NCBI RefSeq assembly: GCF_964355755.1
Contig: NC_092673.1
Coordinates: 26,843,648 to 26,907,647 of the forward strand
DNA from: Antedon mediterranea
Lineage: Eukaryota; Animalia; Echinodermata
DNA length: 64,000 bases
Reading direction: 5' to 3'
A program made the position numbers and the translations under genes. Numbering within the stretch: position 1 is the stretch's first letter; each line of letters opens with the position of its first letter. Below the pieces are notes generated by a model, which saw nothing but the letters and a program-made list of their open reading frames with translations, ran no database searches and was not told where the DNA came from. Of the stretch, positions 63,188 to 64,000 are shown one piece after another.

Positions 63188-64000
63188 ATGACAACTTTAA
63201 GATCGGGTAAAAATATAGATAAGACTATGTCAGACAAAGATACTAGGGAAGATATGGTTGACCAAGAAGAGGTTGACCAAGTCAATGAAATATATGATAA
63301 AATGGATAGGGATATTGATTTGCCCGAAATACCCGGCGGTATGCCTAAAGATATGATGCTCGAATATTTTCGAATGAAGTTCGAGGCCGAAAACAATAAG
63401 TTAAGATTAGAAGCAGATATAGAGCAAAGAAAAATTGAATCACAAGAAAGAGTGAAAATGATGGAATTAGAAAATAGGTCTAGCTACAATAATGCTAGGA
63501 ATATAGTAGATGAAATGAAGGTAAAGGTTCCTACTTTGAAGGAATCAGATGATATTGATATATATTTTAGAACATTTGAACACTTGGCAGAAGCCACAGG
63601 TTGTTATAAGAATACGTGGTCCGCTGGGTTAGCACCTGAACTGTCTGGTAAAGCTAGGACAGCATATGCATCCTTAACCGTAAAAGAATGTGTAGATTAT
63701 GATACCTTAAAGAAGGCAATCTTAGAAAAGTATGATGTGTCCGCAGAGACTTACAGATTTAAATTTAGAAATTCAAACAGAGTTAAAGATATGTCCATCA
63801 GGGAATGGCTGAATGAGCTCTCCCATTATTTAAAATGTTGGATGAAATGTGCTAATGTAAAAGAAGATGATGCTGCAGGCATTATTGAAATGATTATAAT
63901 GGAACAGGCACTTGATAAAATGCCTGAAGATCTGAGGCTTTATCTTAGAGATAAACAAGTAAATAAGACCTATGATATGGCTATGATAGCCGATGATTAT
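63188..64000 (+). CDS. Gag of a Gypsy (Gmr1-like) LTR retrotransposon with a SCAN-like capsid C-terminal domain; runs off the window
   Basis: Open frame not in the ORF track: MTTLRSGK...DDIDIYFRTFEHLA...W...LSGKARTAYASL...DYDTLKKAILEKYDVSAETYRFKFR...EMIIMEQALDKMPEDLRLYLRDK...MIADDY. Confidence 0.85.
   Translation, partial: MTTLRSGKNIDKTMSDKDTREDMVDQEEVDQVNEIYDKMDRDIDLPEIPGGMPKDMMLEYFRMKFEAENNKLRLEADIEQRKIESQERVKMMELENRSSYNNARNIVDEMKVKVPTLKESDDIDIYFRTFEHLAEATGCYKNTWSAGLAPELSGKARTAYASLTVKECVDYDTLKKAILEKYDVSAETYRFKFRNSNRVKDMSIREWLNELSHYLKCWMKCANVKEDDAAGIIEMIIMEQALDKMPEDLRLYLRDKQVNKTYDMAMIADDY

Overview
Eukaryotic, AT-rich animal DNA; the SINE/TE repertoire suggests a marine invertebrate deuterostome such as an echinoderm (inference). 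There is no CRISPR array, rRNA or operon structure, and most entries in the supplied ORF track are spurious or exon/TE fragments. The window holds two tandem + strand paralogous SLC6 Na+/Cl--dependent amino-acid (GlyT2/ATB0,+-like) transporter genes. I reconstructed them by hand with GT-AG introns in matching positions and phases: gene 1 CDS 7356-21088 (12 coding exons, 650 aa) and gene 2 CDS 27101-44669 (13 coding exons, 1006 aa, with a ~360-aa repetitive C-terminal extension). The rest is a dense mosaic of mobile DNA: Tc2-, Kolobok-, Harbinger-, MULE- and hAT-like MITEs, tRNA-derived SINEs, truncated LINEs, a Penelope-like element with an inverted terminal repeat and hammerhead-like motifs, and the start of a Gypsy (Gmr1-like, SCAN-type Gag) LTR element. 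Most notable: (i) an ~8-kb foldback element whose core is a spacer-less palindrome of two opposed 30-bp minisatellite arrays; (ii) tandem duplications that repeatedly end at, and copy, 3' splice sites, creating stop-containing decoy acceptors; (iii) the SxxGSxDxL-repeat tail of transporter 2; (iv) strong enrichment of TAGGCCTA. All coordinates were counted by eye and may be off by a few bases.
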